Assembly: GCA_949289935.1 (NCBI GenBank)
Contig: CASEQD010000005.1
Coordinates: 2,655 to 66,654, forward strand
Reading direction: 5' to 3'
DNA from: an uncultured Pseudomonadota bacterium
GTDB taxonomy: Bacteria; Pseudomonadota; Alphaproteobacteria; RF32; CAG-239
Length of the DNA: 64,000 nt
Under the pieces are notes generated by a model. The model had not been told where the DNA came from. It made no database searches and saw only the letters and a program-made list of their open reading frames with translations. The position numbers were made by a program, and so were the translations under genes. Below are positions 20,404 to 29,373 of this stretch, piece by piece (position 1 is the first letter of the stretch; each line of letters opens with the position of its first letter).

Positions 20404-22044
20404 ATGCAGAATGAGTTTAAAATACACGACGCCGCCGGGGTGGTTTTGTTTGATAACATCAACGTAAACGGAGAAACTTATCCGAAAGGATATTGCCTGA
20501 CGACGGAAGATATTAAGGTATGGGAAGATGCCGGCATAAAATTTGTTTCCGGCATGCGGCCGGAAGAAAGTGATATCGGTTTTGATTTGGCTTTGGGAAT
20601 TATAGGAACGAAGCTTTCCGGAAATGACATCGCTTATATACTGGATGACAACGGCATATTAAAATTAGCGGCGCAGAAAGATGGAATTTTTATGGCATCT
20701 GAAGAACGCATTGCAAAGTTTAATAAAATGTCGGAGGCATTCGTCCTGAATACCATTCCGCCGTATAGTCTGGTAGAAGCGGGAGACGTCGTAGCTCGGT
20801 TGGAAATGCTGCCGCCGCGTCTGCCTCAGGAAAAAATAGATGATTTGAGTCTTCGTCTGTCGGGAAATTTGCCCTTGTTGTCGGTGGCGGAATTTCACCG
20901 GCTCAAAGTGGCATTGCTTTACGGAAAATTTTATAAAACGGCGGCGGAAGCTGCTTATTTTACCAGACAGGTAAAAAAACTGATAAAAAATTTCAGCCGT
21001 CATAATCTTGAATTTTCCGGAGAATTTGAAGCGGAATATAACACGCAGGCAATGGCTGATGCAATTGAACAGGCTGTTGGTTCGGGCTATGACATCGTTT
21101 TTATATTGTCCGGATTAAAAAGCGCGTCGTCACGGGATATTGTTCCGTCAGCCATGAAAAGTTTTGTGGACGATTTCATTCCCTGCCGAATGGCGCGTGT
21201 AAACGGTTCAGACATGTATGTGGGCATAAAACGCCAATGCCGGATAGTCAGCCTGCCGCATAATTATTGTAATGATGAAAACCCGGTTGTTGACGAAATG
21301 ATAACCAAAGTTCTGGTCAACGAAAAGATAATGGCGTCTGATTTCTTTTATGATCAAAATATTCCGTTGCCTTTAGGCGAAAGACTGACTGAAACTGAAA
21401 ACCTTCTTTTGGCGGATCATCTGCCTCATCCGGTTGAAAAAGGCAAAGCGGACATAGCCGTGGTTATTTTGGCGGCGGGAAGTTCGTCGCGGGTCAAACG
21501 CAACAAACTTCTGATTGCCGGAATAGACGGACATCCGTTGTTTATGAATGCCGTAAAGGCGGCTGTGTCATCAGATGCCGGTCCGGTTTTTGTTATAACG
21601 GGATATCAACATGAAGAAATAGAAGAGTACCTTGACGGCATCGACGTTAATGTAATTTACAATCCTTCTTTCCGGCATGGCGTAAAAACGTCAATAAATC
21701 TGGGGTTAAAGCTGGTGCCGAACATTTGTTCGGGAGCGCTTCTTCTTCCTGCCGATATGCCGAATATTACGGCAAAACACTTAAACAAAATGATTGCCGC
21801 CTTCAGGCCGGAAAAGGACAAACAGTTAATTCTGACAAATTTCAAAGGCATCCGCCGCAATCCCGTACTTTGGAGCCGCAGTCTGTTTGATGTCGCTGAT
21901 CTTGTGCCGGAAAATGCCGATGTCCGGGCAGTTTTCATGGAGCATGAAGATTATACAACCCTCATTAATGCCGGAAGTGAAAAGCTTGTTCTGGATGTTA
22001 ACTACCCGGCCGATGTTGATATTGTTGAACAAAAAGAAGAATAA
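20404..22044 (+). CDS. molybdopterin-binding domain / MobA-like NTP-transferase fusion protein
   Basis: The C-terminal third has VVILAAGSSSR...LPADMP, typical of MobA/MocA nucleotidyltransferases. The N-terminal ~340 aa resembles the MoeA/CinA-type molybdopterin-binding fold. An alternative GTG start lies at 20371. Confidence 0.65.
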   Translation: MQNEFKIHDAAGVVLFDNINVNGETYPKGYCLTTEDIKVWEDAGIKFVSGMRPEESDIGFDLALGIIGTKLSGNDIAYILDDNGILKLAAQKDGIFMASEERIAKFNKMSEAFVLNTIPPYSLVEAGDVVARLEMLPPRLPQEKIDDLSLRLSGNLPLLSVAEFHRLKVALLYGKFYKTAAEAAYFTRQVKKLIKNFSRHNLEFSGEFEAEYNTQAMADAIEQAVGSGYDIVFILSGLKSASSRDIVPSAMKSFVDDFIPCRMARVNGSDMYVGIKRQCRIVSLPHNYCNDENPVVDEMITKVLVNEKIMASDFFYDQNIPLPLGERLTETENLLLADHLPHPVEKGKADIAVVILAAGSSSRVKRNKLLIAGIDGHPLFMNAVKAAVSSDAGPVFVITGYQHEEIEEYLDGIDVNVIYNPSFRHGVKTSINLGLKLVPNICSGALLLPADMPNITAKHLNKMIAAFRPEKDKQLILTNFKGIRRNPVLWSRSLFDVADLVPENADVRAVFMEHEDYTTLINAGSEKLVLDVNYPADVDIVEQKEE

Positions 22045-23406
22045 TCATTTTTCCAGCGCAGCAACCACTTCCTCCGTTACCTTTTTTGCATCACCGTAAA
22101 GCATGTAGGTGTTATCTGCAAAAAACAGCGGATTTTCCACGCCTGAATATCCGGCAGCCAGCGAACGTTTTACAAAAAATACGGTTTTGGCTTTATCCAC
22201 GTCGAGCACAGGCATGCCGTAAAGCGGGGACGAACTGTCTGTTCTTGCCAGCGGATTTGTAACATCATTGGCGCCGATGACATAGGCGGCATCGGCTGTG
22301 CCGAATTCCCGGTTAATTTCATCCAGCTCAAAAACATCTTCATAAGGAACGCCTGCTTCTGCCAGCAATACGTTCATATGTCCGGGCATGCGTCCGGCAA
22401 CCGGATGAATGGCGTATTTAACATCAACGCCATATTTTTTGTGTAAATCATCGCCCATTTCTTTCAAAATATGCTGAGCCTGTGCAACCGCCATGCCATA
22501 TCCGGGAACGATGATAACTTTACTGGCGTTTTTCATGATAAAAGCGGCATCTGCGGGATTCCCGGCTTTTGCGGTTTTACCGCCGTTTTCGTGTTTTGTT
22601 TCGGAACCGCTGTCAGAGCCGAAACCGCCGAGCATAACGCTGATAAGAGAACGATTCATGGCTTTTGTCATGATATAAGACAGGATTGCACCGCTGGCGC
22701 CGACGATTGAGCCGACAATAATCAAAAGCACATTGTTGACGGAAAAACCGATTCCGACGGCGGCCCATCCCGAATAAGCATTGAGAATGGAAATAACAAC
22801 CGGCATATCGGCGCCTCCGATGGGAAGCACCAGCGTAATGCCGAGAACAATGGTTAAAGCTGCCAGCATATAAAAAACATTAATGTCTTTACCGATAATA
22901 AAATAAACACAAAGCGCAATGCTTGCCAGTCCCAAAACCAGATTAAAAAACTGCTGCAGCGGAAAAACAATGGCCTTTGACGGCATCAGTCCCTGGAGTT
23001 TGGCAAAAGCAACCGCCGAACCGGAAAACGCAACGGCGCCGATAATCAGCCCCAAAGCATTTTCCAGCAGCATTTCCGAACCGGCGGTAATTTCGGCGGC
23101 GGAAATAAAAACCGAAGACAAACCGCCCAAACCGTTAAAAGCGGCAATCATCTGCGGCAGAGATGTCATTTTGACTTTCAGGGCAAAATAAACACCGGCG
23201 GCGCCGCCCAAAATAATAACGGCAATTACCGAAACATAATCTGAAACATAAGGAGAAAAGACCGTAGCCCCGACAGCCAGCATCATGCCGCACATTCCGA
23301 GCAGGTTGCCGCGTCGCGCCGTTTCCGGCGAAGCCAGTCCCCGGATGGATAAAATAAACAAAATACTGGCAGCCAGATAAATAAACATAAGCAGATTGTT
23401 GGTCAT
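22045..23406 (-). CDS. pntB: NAD(P) transhydrogenase subunit beta
   Basis: 453 aa with about 9 TM segments plus a C-terminal dIII domain (VPGYGMAVAQAQH, GANDVTNP). Confidence 0.9.
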   Translation of the reverse strand: MTNNLLMFIYLAASILFILSIRGLASPETARRGNLLGMCGMMLAVGATVFSPYVSDYVSVIAVIILGGAAGVYFALKVKMTSLPQMIAAFNGLGGLSSVFISAAEITAGSEMLLENALGLIIGAVAFSGSAVAFAKLQGLMPSKAIVFPLQQFFNLVLGLASIALCVYFIIGKDINVFYMLAALTIVLGITLVLPIGGADMPVVISILNAYSGWAAVGIGFSVNNVLLIIVGSIVGASGAILSYIMTKAMNRSLISVMLGGFGSDSGSETKHENGGKTAKAGNPADAAFIMKNASKVIIVPGYGMAVAQAQHILKEMGDDLHKKYGVDVKYAIHPVAGRMPGHMNVLLAEAGVPYEDVFELDEINREFGTADAAYVIGANDVTNPLARTDSSSPLYGMPVLDVDKAKTVFFVKRSLAAGYSGVENPLFFADNTYMLYGDAKKVTEEVVAALEK

Positions 23407-23711
23407 AATTTTTTCTCCTCTTTGACGGATGTGTTTTTCTTTTTAAACATCAGCAGCATCCGGTGAGAAACGGCAAACCCGCCGAAAATATTAACCGAAG
23501 CCAGAAAAACCGCAATCAGTCCCATGGTTTTTGCGCTTCCGGCATAATCGACGCCGGCAGTAATCAGAGCGCCGACAACCACGATTCCCGAAATGGCATT
23601 GGACACGCTCATCAAAGGAGAGTGCAGGGCGGGCGTAACGCCCCAGACGACGAAATAACCGATAAAACATGACAATAGCAAAATTGTAAACAGGCTCCAC
23701 AAATCCATCAT
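23403..23711 (-). CDS. pntAB: NAD(P) transhydrogenase subunit alpha part 2 (membrane)
   Basis: 102-aa hydrophobic protein between pntAA and pntB, with 4-nt overlaps on both sides. HSPLMSVSNAISGI motif. Confidence 0.85.
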   Translation of the reverse strand: MMDLWSLFTILLLSCFIGYFVVWGVTPALHSPLMSVSNAISGIVVVGALITAGVDYAGSAKTMGLIAVFLASVNIFGGFAVSHRMLLMFKKKNTSVKEEKKL

Positions 23712-24814
23712 AAAACATCTCCTTCTTTAATGACGCAAACGCCTTTCACCAATTCGTCGTCAAAATCAAAAACAATTTTTTTGCTTTCGGCATGATACAT
23801 GGCAAACAGAAAATTATAAATATTTTTGGCAAACGAGGCGCTGGCCGAAGCCGGAATTTTTGTGGCGGGCATACTGTCGCCGATGAGGGTAATTCCCTCA
23901 AACTGAACAATTTCTTTGTCTTTTGTTCCCTCAACATTGCCGCCGCTTTCTGCTGCCATATCAATAACAATGCCGCCGGCGGGCATGTTTTTCAACATTT
24001 TTTTATTAACCAGGCGGGGCGCTTTTTTGCCCGGAATAAGAGCTGTCGTAATCAGAATATCCGTTTGCGCCAGCCTGTCGGCAATGAGTTCGGCCTGTTT
24101 CTTTTGATAAGAAGCTGAAGTTTCCTTGGCATATCCGCCGTCTGTTTCAAAAGATTCGTCTTCACCGACTTCCAAAAATTTTCCACCGAGCGATTCGACC
24201 TGTTCTTTTACCTGTGGACGGACATCTGAAGCATAAACCTGAGCGCCGAGGCGTTTGGCCGTGGCAATAGCCTGAAGTCCGGCCACGCCGGCGCCAAGCA
24301 CCAGAAATCTGGCCGGCGGAATTGTACCGGCTGCCGTCATCATCAGGGGAACGGCTTTGTTCAGACGATTGACCGCCTCTAACACGGCGGCATAACCGGA
24401 TAGGCTGCTTTGTGAAGACAAAATGTCCATATTCTGGGCGCGGGAAATTCTCGGCATCAGGTCAAGAGCAAAACAGGTAATGCCTCTTTTGCTCATTTCC
24501 CTGATTCTTTCCGGTGCGGCTTTGGCCTGACAATGGGCGATAAGCACCTGTCCTTTCTGCAAAAAATGATCTTCGCTTTTTTCCGGAGCCCTGACTTTAA
24601 GAATAATATCAGCGCCTTGATAAACAGCGGCGGTATCGGAAACGATTTCGGCACCGGCTTCGGTAAAATCTCTGTCGCTGAACCCCGAAGCTTCTCCGGC
24701 ACCGCTTTCAATACGAACCGTCATTCCCATATCTGCATATTTTTTGACGGTTTCAGGGCTGGCGGCCGTTCTTGTTTCTCCGAGGCTGTTTTCTTTGGGA
24801 ATGGAAATAATCAT
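23708..24814 (-). CDS. pntAA: NAD(P) transhydrogenase subunit alpha part 1
   Basis: Alanine-dehydrogenase-like dI domain: MIISIPKE..GETR and the Rossmann motif LVLGAGVAGLQAI. I chose start MIISIPKE at 24814; the ORF is open from 24877. Confidence 0.9.
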   Translation of the reverse strand: MIISIPKENSLGETRTAASPETVKKYADMGMTVRIESGAGEASGFSDRDFTEAGAEIVSDTAAVYQGADIILKVRAPEKSEDHFLQKGQVLIAHCQAKAAPERIREMSKRGITCFALDLMPRISRAQNMDILSSQSSLSGYAAVLEAVNRLNKAVPLMMTAAGTIPPARFLVLGAGVAGLQAIATAKRLGAQVYASDVRPQVKEQVESLGGKFLEVGEDESFETDGGYAKETSASYQKKQAELIADRLAQTDILITTALIPGKKAPRLVNKKMLKNMPAGGIVIDMAAESGGNVEGTKDKEIVQFEGITLIGDSMPATKIPASASASFAKNIYNFLFAMYHAESKKIVFDFDDELVKGVCVIKEGDVL

Positions 24815-24919
24815 AAAAACCTCTGAATTTATTTTGACTCTTTTTATAATGATAATAATATAACAGCATATTTTCAAACCAACAGAATAAATTTCTTATA
24901 AACAGGATAACCGGTTCAA

Positions 24920-25456
24920 ATGCTGCAGCTTTTTCTAAGCTTTTTTAAAATAGGGCTTTTCACTTTCGGCGGAGGATATGCCATGTTGCCGCTTTTGCAG
25001 GACGAAATTGTCCGGCGCCGCCGGTGGGCAACGGATGAAGAACTGATGGATTATTATTCGATAGGACAGTGTACGCCGGGAATAATCGCCGTCAATGTGG
25101 CAACCTTTATCGGAACGCGCCATTATGGAAAAGCGGGGGGCTGTCTGGCAACATTGGCAATCGTTCTGCCGTCAATGATTATTATCACGCTGATTGCCGC
25201 TGTTCTGGCCCGTTATATGCACAATGAATATCTGACTCATGCGTTTGCCGGCATCCGCATTGCCGTGACGGCGCTTATTCTCAATACGTTTTTTGATATG
25301 TGGAAAAAAGGCGTAAAGGGATATTTCGGCTATACAGTGTTTGCGCTTGCCGCGGTCATATTGTTTTTCTTTAACCTGTCGGCGGTTTTGATAGTCATTG
25401 CGGCGGCGCTGACCGGGTTATTGCCGGGAATTGCCCGGAGGAAAAAAACAAAATGA
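24920..25456 (+). CDS. chrA: chromate transporter family protein (half-size, first of a pair)
   Basis: FTFGGGYAMLPLLQ motif, with about 5 TM segments. Confidence 0.8.
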   Translation: MLQLFLSFFKIGLFTFGGGYAMLPLLQDEIVRRRRWATDEELMDYYSIGQCTPGIIAVNVATFIGTRHYGKAGGCLATLAIVLPSMIIITLIAAVLARYMHNEYLTHAFAGIRIAVTALILNTFFDMWKKGVKGYFGYTVFALAAVILFFFNLSAVLIVIAAALTGLLPGIARRKKTK

Positions 25457-25971
25457 TATATTGGTTGTTGTTTTATGAATTTTTTAAGGTAGGGCTTTTT
25501 GCCATCGGCGGCGGGCTGGTAACGGTTCCTTTTTTGTTCGATTTATCAGAGCATTATGCGTGGTTTAGCACCAAAGAACTCGCGGATATGATTGCCATAG
25601 CCGAGTCGACGCCCGGCCCTCTGGGCGTAAATATGGCCACGTTTGCCGGATACAAAACGGCAGGTATTCCCGGTGCCGTCGCCGCCACCTTTGGCCTGGT
25701 TTTGCCTTCGCTTGTTATTATCATGATTATTGCCGGCCTGTTGAAAAAATTTAAGGATAATCCTTATGTCCGGCAAGTTCTTTCGGGAATTCGCCCGGCG
25801 GTAATGGCATTGATACTGATGGCCGGGTACGAAATTGCCCGCTTAGCGATTCTGTCTTTTGAAAATTTCATATTATTTGTATTGTTTGCACTGTCCATCC
25901 GGTTTTATAAAGCCAGCCCGGTTTTTTATATGATTGTGGCGGCGGTTGTCGGAATCATTTTTAAATTATAG
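25453..25971 (+). CDS. chrA: chromate transporter family protein (half-size, second of a pair)
   Basis: FAIGGGLVTVPFL motif. Has a 4-nt overlap with the upstream half. Confidence 0.8.
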   Translation: MIYWLLFYEFFKVGLFAIGGGLVTVPFLFDLSEHYAWFSTKELADMIAIAESTPGPLGVNMATFAGYKTAGIPGAVAATFGLVLPSLVIIMIIAGLLKKFKDNPYVRQVLSGIRPAVMALILMAGYEIARLAILSFENFILFVLFALSIRFYKASPVFYMIVAAVVGIIFKL

Positions 25972-25980
25972 GAGACGAGG

Positions 25981-26472
25981 ATGAAAAAAACGATAGCGTT
26001 TGTTTCGGCTCTGGCGGCGCTATGCGGTCTGTCTGTTTATTGCAGCATGCACGGAGGACTTTACGGCCGTTGGAAAAATTCCAATCCGCAGCCGGGAAAC
26101 ATTTTTGACGGGGATATTATGATAGAAAAAGTAAAAAACGTCAAAGAAGGGGCGCAAAACAAATTTCTTGTTATTTTTTCAGATCGTCAAAATCATGCTC
26201 TGTCTTGTTCCAAGGCTGAAGGACGGCGGGATATAATGCTTTGTCTGCCGTTTTTAAAACGTCCTGTCCCGATAACGCCGGATACGACTTACGGGCAGAT
26301 AGTTGAAGAAACATCCCTGACGCCGCTTTTCCTGCATCTGAAACGGCAGGGATATTTTGTTTATCATGTCCTGAATATGGAAATGAGCTATATCACGCCG
26401 GACTGCCCGGAGTTTGGAGAAAGCGGCTGCAATTACATGAAATTTCCCCAATACACCCGCTGGGGTTTTTAA
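25981..26472 (+). CDS. hypothetical secreted protein
   Basis: 163 aa with signal-like N-terminus MKKTIAFVSALAALCGLSVYCS. Confidence 0.5.
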   Translation: MKKTIAFVSALAALCGLSVYCSMHGGLYGRWKNSNPQPGNIFDGDIMIEKVKNVKEGAQNKFLVIFSDRQNHALSCSKAEGRRDIMLCLPFLKRPVPITPDTTYGQIVEETSLTPLFLHLKRQGYFVYHVLNMEMSYITPDCPEFGESGCNYMKFPQYTRWGF

Positions 26473-26492
26473 GGTTTTTCTTTCAACAAAAA

Positions 26493-26513
26493 AAGCCGCC
26501 GGACGGGCGGCTT
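26493..26513. terminator. bidirectional terminator hairpin
   Basis: AAGCCGCC-ggac-GGGCGGCTT preceded by AAAAAAA. It lies between convergent genes. Confidence 0.6.
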
Positions 26514-26531
26514 TGCAGATTCCCGGATAAT

Positions 26532-26783
26532 TTAAATATCAAGGGCTTTGCGGTATGTTTCCAGCAAAATTTCCTGTTCGTCGCGGTCGGCGGCGTTCAT
26601 TTTACGCAGTTTCAAAACGGCGCGCATGATTTTGACGTCAAATCCGGCGCCTTTTGCTTCGGCGAAAATATCGCGGATATCCGAAGCTATGGCGGCTTTT
26701 TCTTCCTCCAGGTGCTCAATTCTTTCAATCAGCGAAGCCAGTCTGGTGCTGTCGATTCCTCCAACGTCTGTCATCTTTTTCAC
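26532..26783 (-). CDS. DUF2312 (UPF0335) family protein, GapR-like nucleoid-associated protein
   Basis: 83 aa. L.S.IERIE.LEEEK..I..DI+D+FAEAKG.GFD.KI+R.VLKLRKM...R.EQE pattern characteristic of alphaproteobacterial DUF2312. Confidence 0.8.
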   Translation of the reverse strand: MKKMTDVGGIDSTRLASLIERIEHLEEEKAAIASDIRDIFAEAKGAGFDVKIMRAVLKLRKMNAADRDEQEILLETYRKALDI

Positions 26784-26942
26784 TCCTTAAAACATGTTGA
26801 ACATTGAAGAGAATTTAACAAAACTCATCTGATTTTACAAGCAATAAATTTTGTGGGATTATCTGTTCAATATAATAGCTTGTTAACTTATTTGAGAGTA
26901 GAATGAGCCCAAAATGAGATAATTTTGCTAAAGGAAAAGCTA

Positions 26943-28373
26943 ATGCCTAAAGAAACAAAAACACACATCTTGGCCACCATCGGCCCCTCTTCGGCAACAA
27001 AGGAAGTCATAGAAAAACTGATTGATGCCGGCGCCGATGCTTTTCGTTTTAATTTCAGCCACGGCACGCACGCCGAGCATAAAGAACGTTACGAAATTGT
27101 CCGCGGTTTGTCTGAACAAAAAGGCCGGCACATTACCCTGATTGCCGATATGCAGGGGCCGAAACTCCGTGTCGGAGAGTTTAAAAACGAAAAAGTTATA
27201 CTGAAAGAACGTCAGGCTTTCAAGCTGGACATGAGAGATGAGCTTGGCGACGAAACACGGGTAACGCTGCCTCATCCGGAAATCTTCCAGGCTGTAAAAT
27301 CCGGAGACGAACTTTTGCTCAATGACGGCAACATCAGGCTTCATGTTGATAAAGCCGATGCGCACAATATCTGGACAACCGTAACCGTCGGCGGCGAACT
27401 TTCAAGCCACAAAGGCGTTAACCTGCCAAACATCACGTTGCCGATTTCAGCCATCACAAAAAAAGACGAAGATGATTTAAAATTTGCGCTTAAACTCGGT
27501 TTTGATTGGATTTGCCTCTCTTTTGTGCAAAAAGCCGATGATGTCCGCATGGCCAAAAAACTCATCGGCGACAAAGCCTGGGTCATCTCCAAGCTGGAAA
27601 AACCCAATGCCATCAACGAGCTGGATGAAATTATTGATTTGTCCGACGGCATTATGGTTGCCCGCGGCGATTTGGGAGTCGAATGTCCGATTCAAACCGT
27701 CCCGGTTTTGCAGAAAAAAATTGTGTCAGCCTGCCGTCGTCATTCCAAGCCGGTTATTGTTGCGACGCAAATGCTGGAGTCGATGATAAACAACCCCACG
27801 CCGACCCGGGCGGAAGCTTCGGACGTGGCCACGGCGGTTTATGACGGTGCCGATACGGTTATGCTCTCGGCCGAAAGTGCTGCCGGAAAATATCCGGTTG
27901 AAGCGGTCAGAATGATGCATAACATCATCAGCGAAGTCGAAGCCGATCCGTTGTTCTATCGTTTGATGGAAAGTTCGCGCATTCATCCCTGCTGCGTCGG
28001 CGAGTCCGATTCGATAACTTTCGCCGCCAGCGATATTTCCGGTGTATTAAAAAACGTTGCCTGCATCGTAACCTATACTTCTTCGGGGCTGACAACTTTT
28101 CTGACGGCGCGTGAACGTCCGAATTTGCCGATTCTTGCCATTACGCCCGATATCATTGTTGCCCGCCGGTTGGGAATTGTCTGGGGGGCAAAAAGTTTTG
28201 TCAATAAGGCAGGTTTTAAGAGCTTTGACAAGATAGAAGATATTGCCGTTAAAATTGCGGTAGAAAACGGCTTTGCCAAACCCGGCGAGCACATCATCAT
28301 TACGGCGGGATTCCCTCTGGGCAAAAAAGGCCGCACCAATATGCTCCATACGGTCTATATCCCTGAAAAATAA
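26943..28373 (+). CDS. pyk: pyruvate kinase
   Basis: TKI.ATIGPSS, FNFSHG, GPKLR and MVARGDLGVE motifs. I chose the ATG at 26943; the ORF is open from the TTG at 26925. Confidence 0.9.
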   Translation: MPKETKTHILATIGPSSATKEVIEKLIDAGADAFRFNFSHGTHAEHKERYEIVRGLSEQKGRHITLIADMQGPKLRVGEFKNEKVILKERQAFKLDMRDELGDETRVTLPHPEIFQAVKSGDELLLNDGNIRLHVDKADAHNIWTTVTVGGELSSHKGVNLPNITLPISAITKKDEDDLKFALKLGFDWICLSFVQKADDVRMAKKLIGDKAWVISKLEKPNAINELDEIIDLSDGIMVARGDLGVECPIQTVPVLQKKIVSACRRHSKPVIVATQMLESMINNPTPTRAEASDVATAVYDGADTVMLSAESAAGKYPVEAVRMMHNIISEVEADPLFYRLMESSRIHPCCVGESDSITFAASDISGVLKNVACIVTYTSSGLTTFLTARERPNLPILAITPDIIVARRLGIVWGAKSFVNKAGFKSFDKIEDIAVKIAVENGFAKPGEHIIITAGFPLGKKGRTNMLHTVYIPEK

Positions 28374-28425
28374 ATTTCCGCCGGCTAAAAAATGCCGTTA
28401 ATTGTTCCAGACAGCGTCCGCCCGG

Positions 28426-29304
28426 TTAAAACTCAATCACCGGGCGAACGATGAATAAGTCCATCTTAAGGTAAGAGAGGCTGTATAATTCACCCGAAGA
28501 CGGGTCCCAACTCCACGCAACCTGAGCATTATGGTTCTCGGACGATGACCACCACACATTCTTACTGTATTTATTACTATAGATATTTTCTTTGTTACTT
28601 TTTGTTAAGCTTTGATCAATAGCCCTTTTGTTCTGGTAAATACTGTTTAACACGCCGCCGGAAGGTAAACACCATTTGCCTTTGGTTTCCGGTATGGTTG
28701 ACGGGGCGTAGTTGTATACTGCCCAGAATGCAGGGTAATATTCAGAGGCACTGTTTCCGTATTGCTTGGAACTGTAATCAATAACAATCTTCGTATTCTC
28801 ACAACTGGAAAAATCATTTATCGGAACACTGGGGTAATCCGGCAAATCAGGAATATTAACATCTTTCATTGACCAATAAAAAAATCCCAGACTTTCCAGC
28901 GCCAGAGCCTGGCCGCAGCCGTCCCAGCCGATGTAAACCACAACGCCGATTGGTGTTTTGCCGGAAACAACATCGGCGGAACAGGTACCGTCAGAATAAA
29001 GGATATCTGCGATTTTGCAGTTTTTGGCATAACCTGTGCACTGTCCGAGAACAGCGCCTTCCGGTTCTTCGGGTTGACAGGCGCCGTCTTTCCATTCATA
29101 ACCGTCTTCACAGTCTTTCGGACACCAGTAATATTCTCCGAACGGACATTTTAACCCCGGCGTTTTGCAGGAAGTCTTATTATAACCCAAACTCACACAA
29201 TCTTCATTGTCCACGCACTGAGCAAAAGCGGAAATCGGGAACATAAAAGAAGAAGCCAGCAGGGTAAAATATACCTTTTTGCCGGCGGAAAGAATCACAC
29301 GCAT
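28426..29304 (-). CDS. secreted Cys-rich protein with DUF1566-like (Lcl C-terminal-like) domain
   Basis: I chose start MRVILSAGKKVYFTLLASSFMFPISAFA (signal peptide); the ORF is open from 29373. Has a Cys-rich N-terminal part. The C-terminal WCLPSGGVL....VWWSSSE....VRPVIEF resembles the DUF1566 pattern. Confidence 0.6.
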   Translation of the reverse strand: MRVILSAGKKVYFTLLASSFMFPISAFAQCVDNEDCVSLGYNKTSCKTPGLKCPFGEYYWCPKDCEDGYEWKDGACQPEEPEGAVLGQCTGYAKNCKIADILYSDGTCSADVVSGKTPIGVVVYIGWDGCGQALALESLGFFYWSMKDVNIPDLPDYPSVPINDFSSCENTKIVIDYSSKQYGNSASEYYPAFWAVYNYAPSTIPETKGKWCLPSGGVLNSIYQNKRAIDQSLTKSNKENIYSNKYSKNVWWSSSENHNAQVAWSWDPSSGELYSLSYLKMDLFIVRPVIEF

Positions 29305-29373
29305 TTCATCCTCCACACTTCTAATTTCATGCGGAAGTGAAAAAAATGAAGATGATTTTTTTGTCAGACTCAT

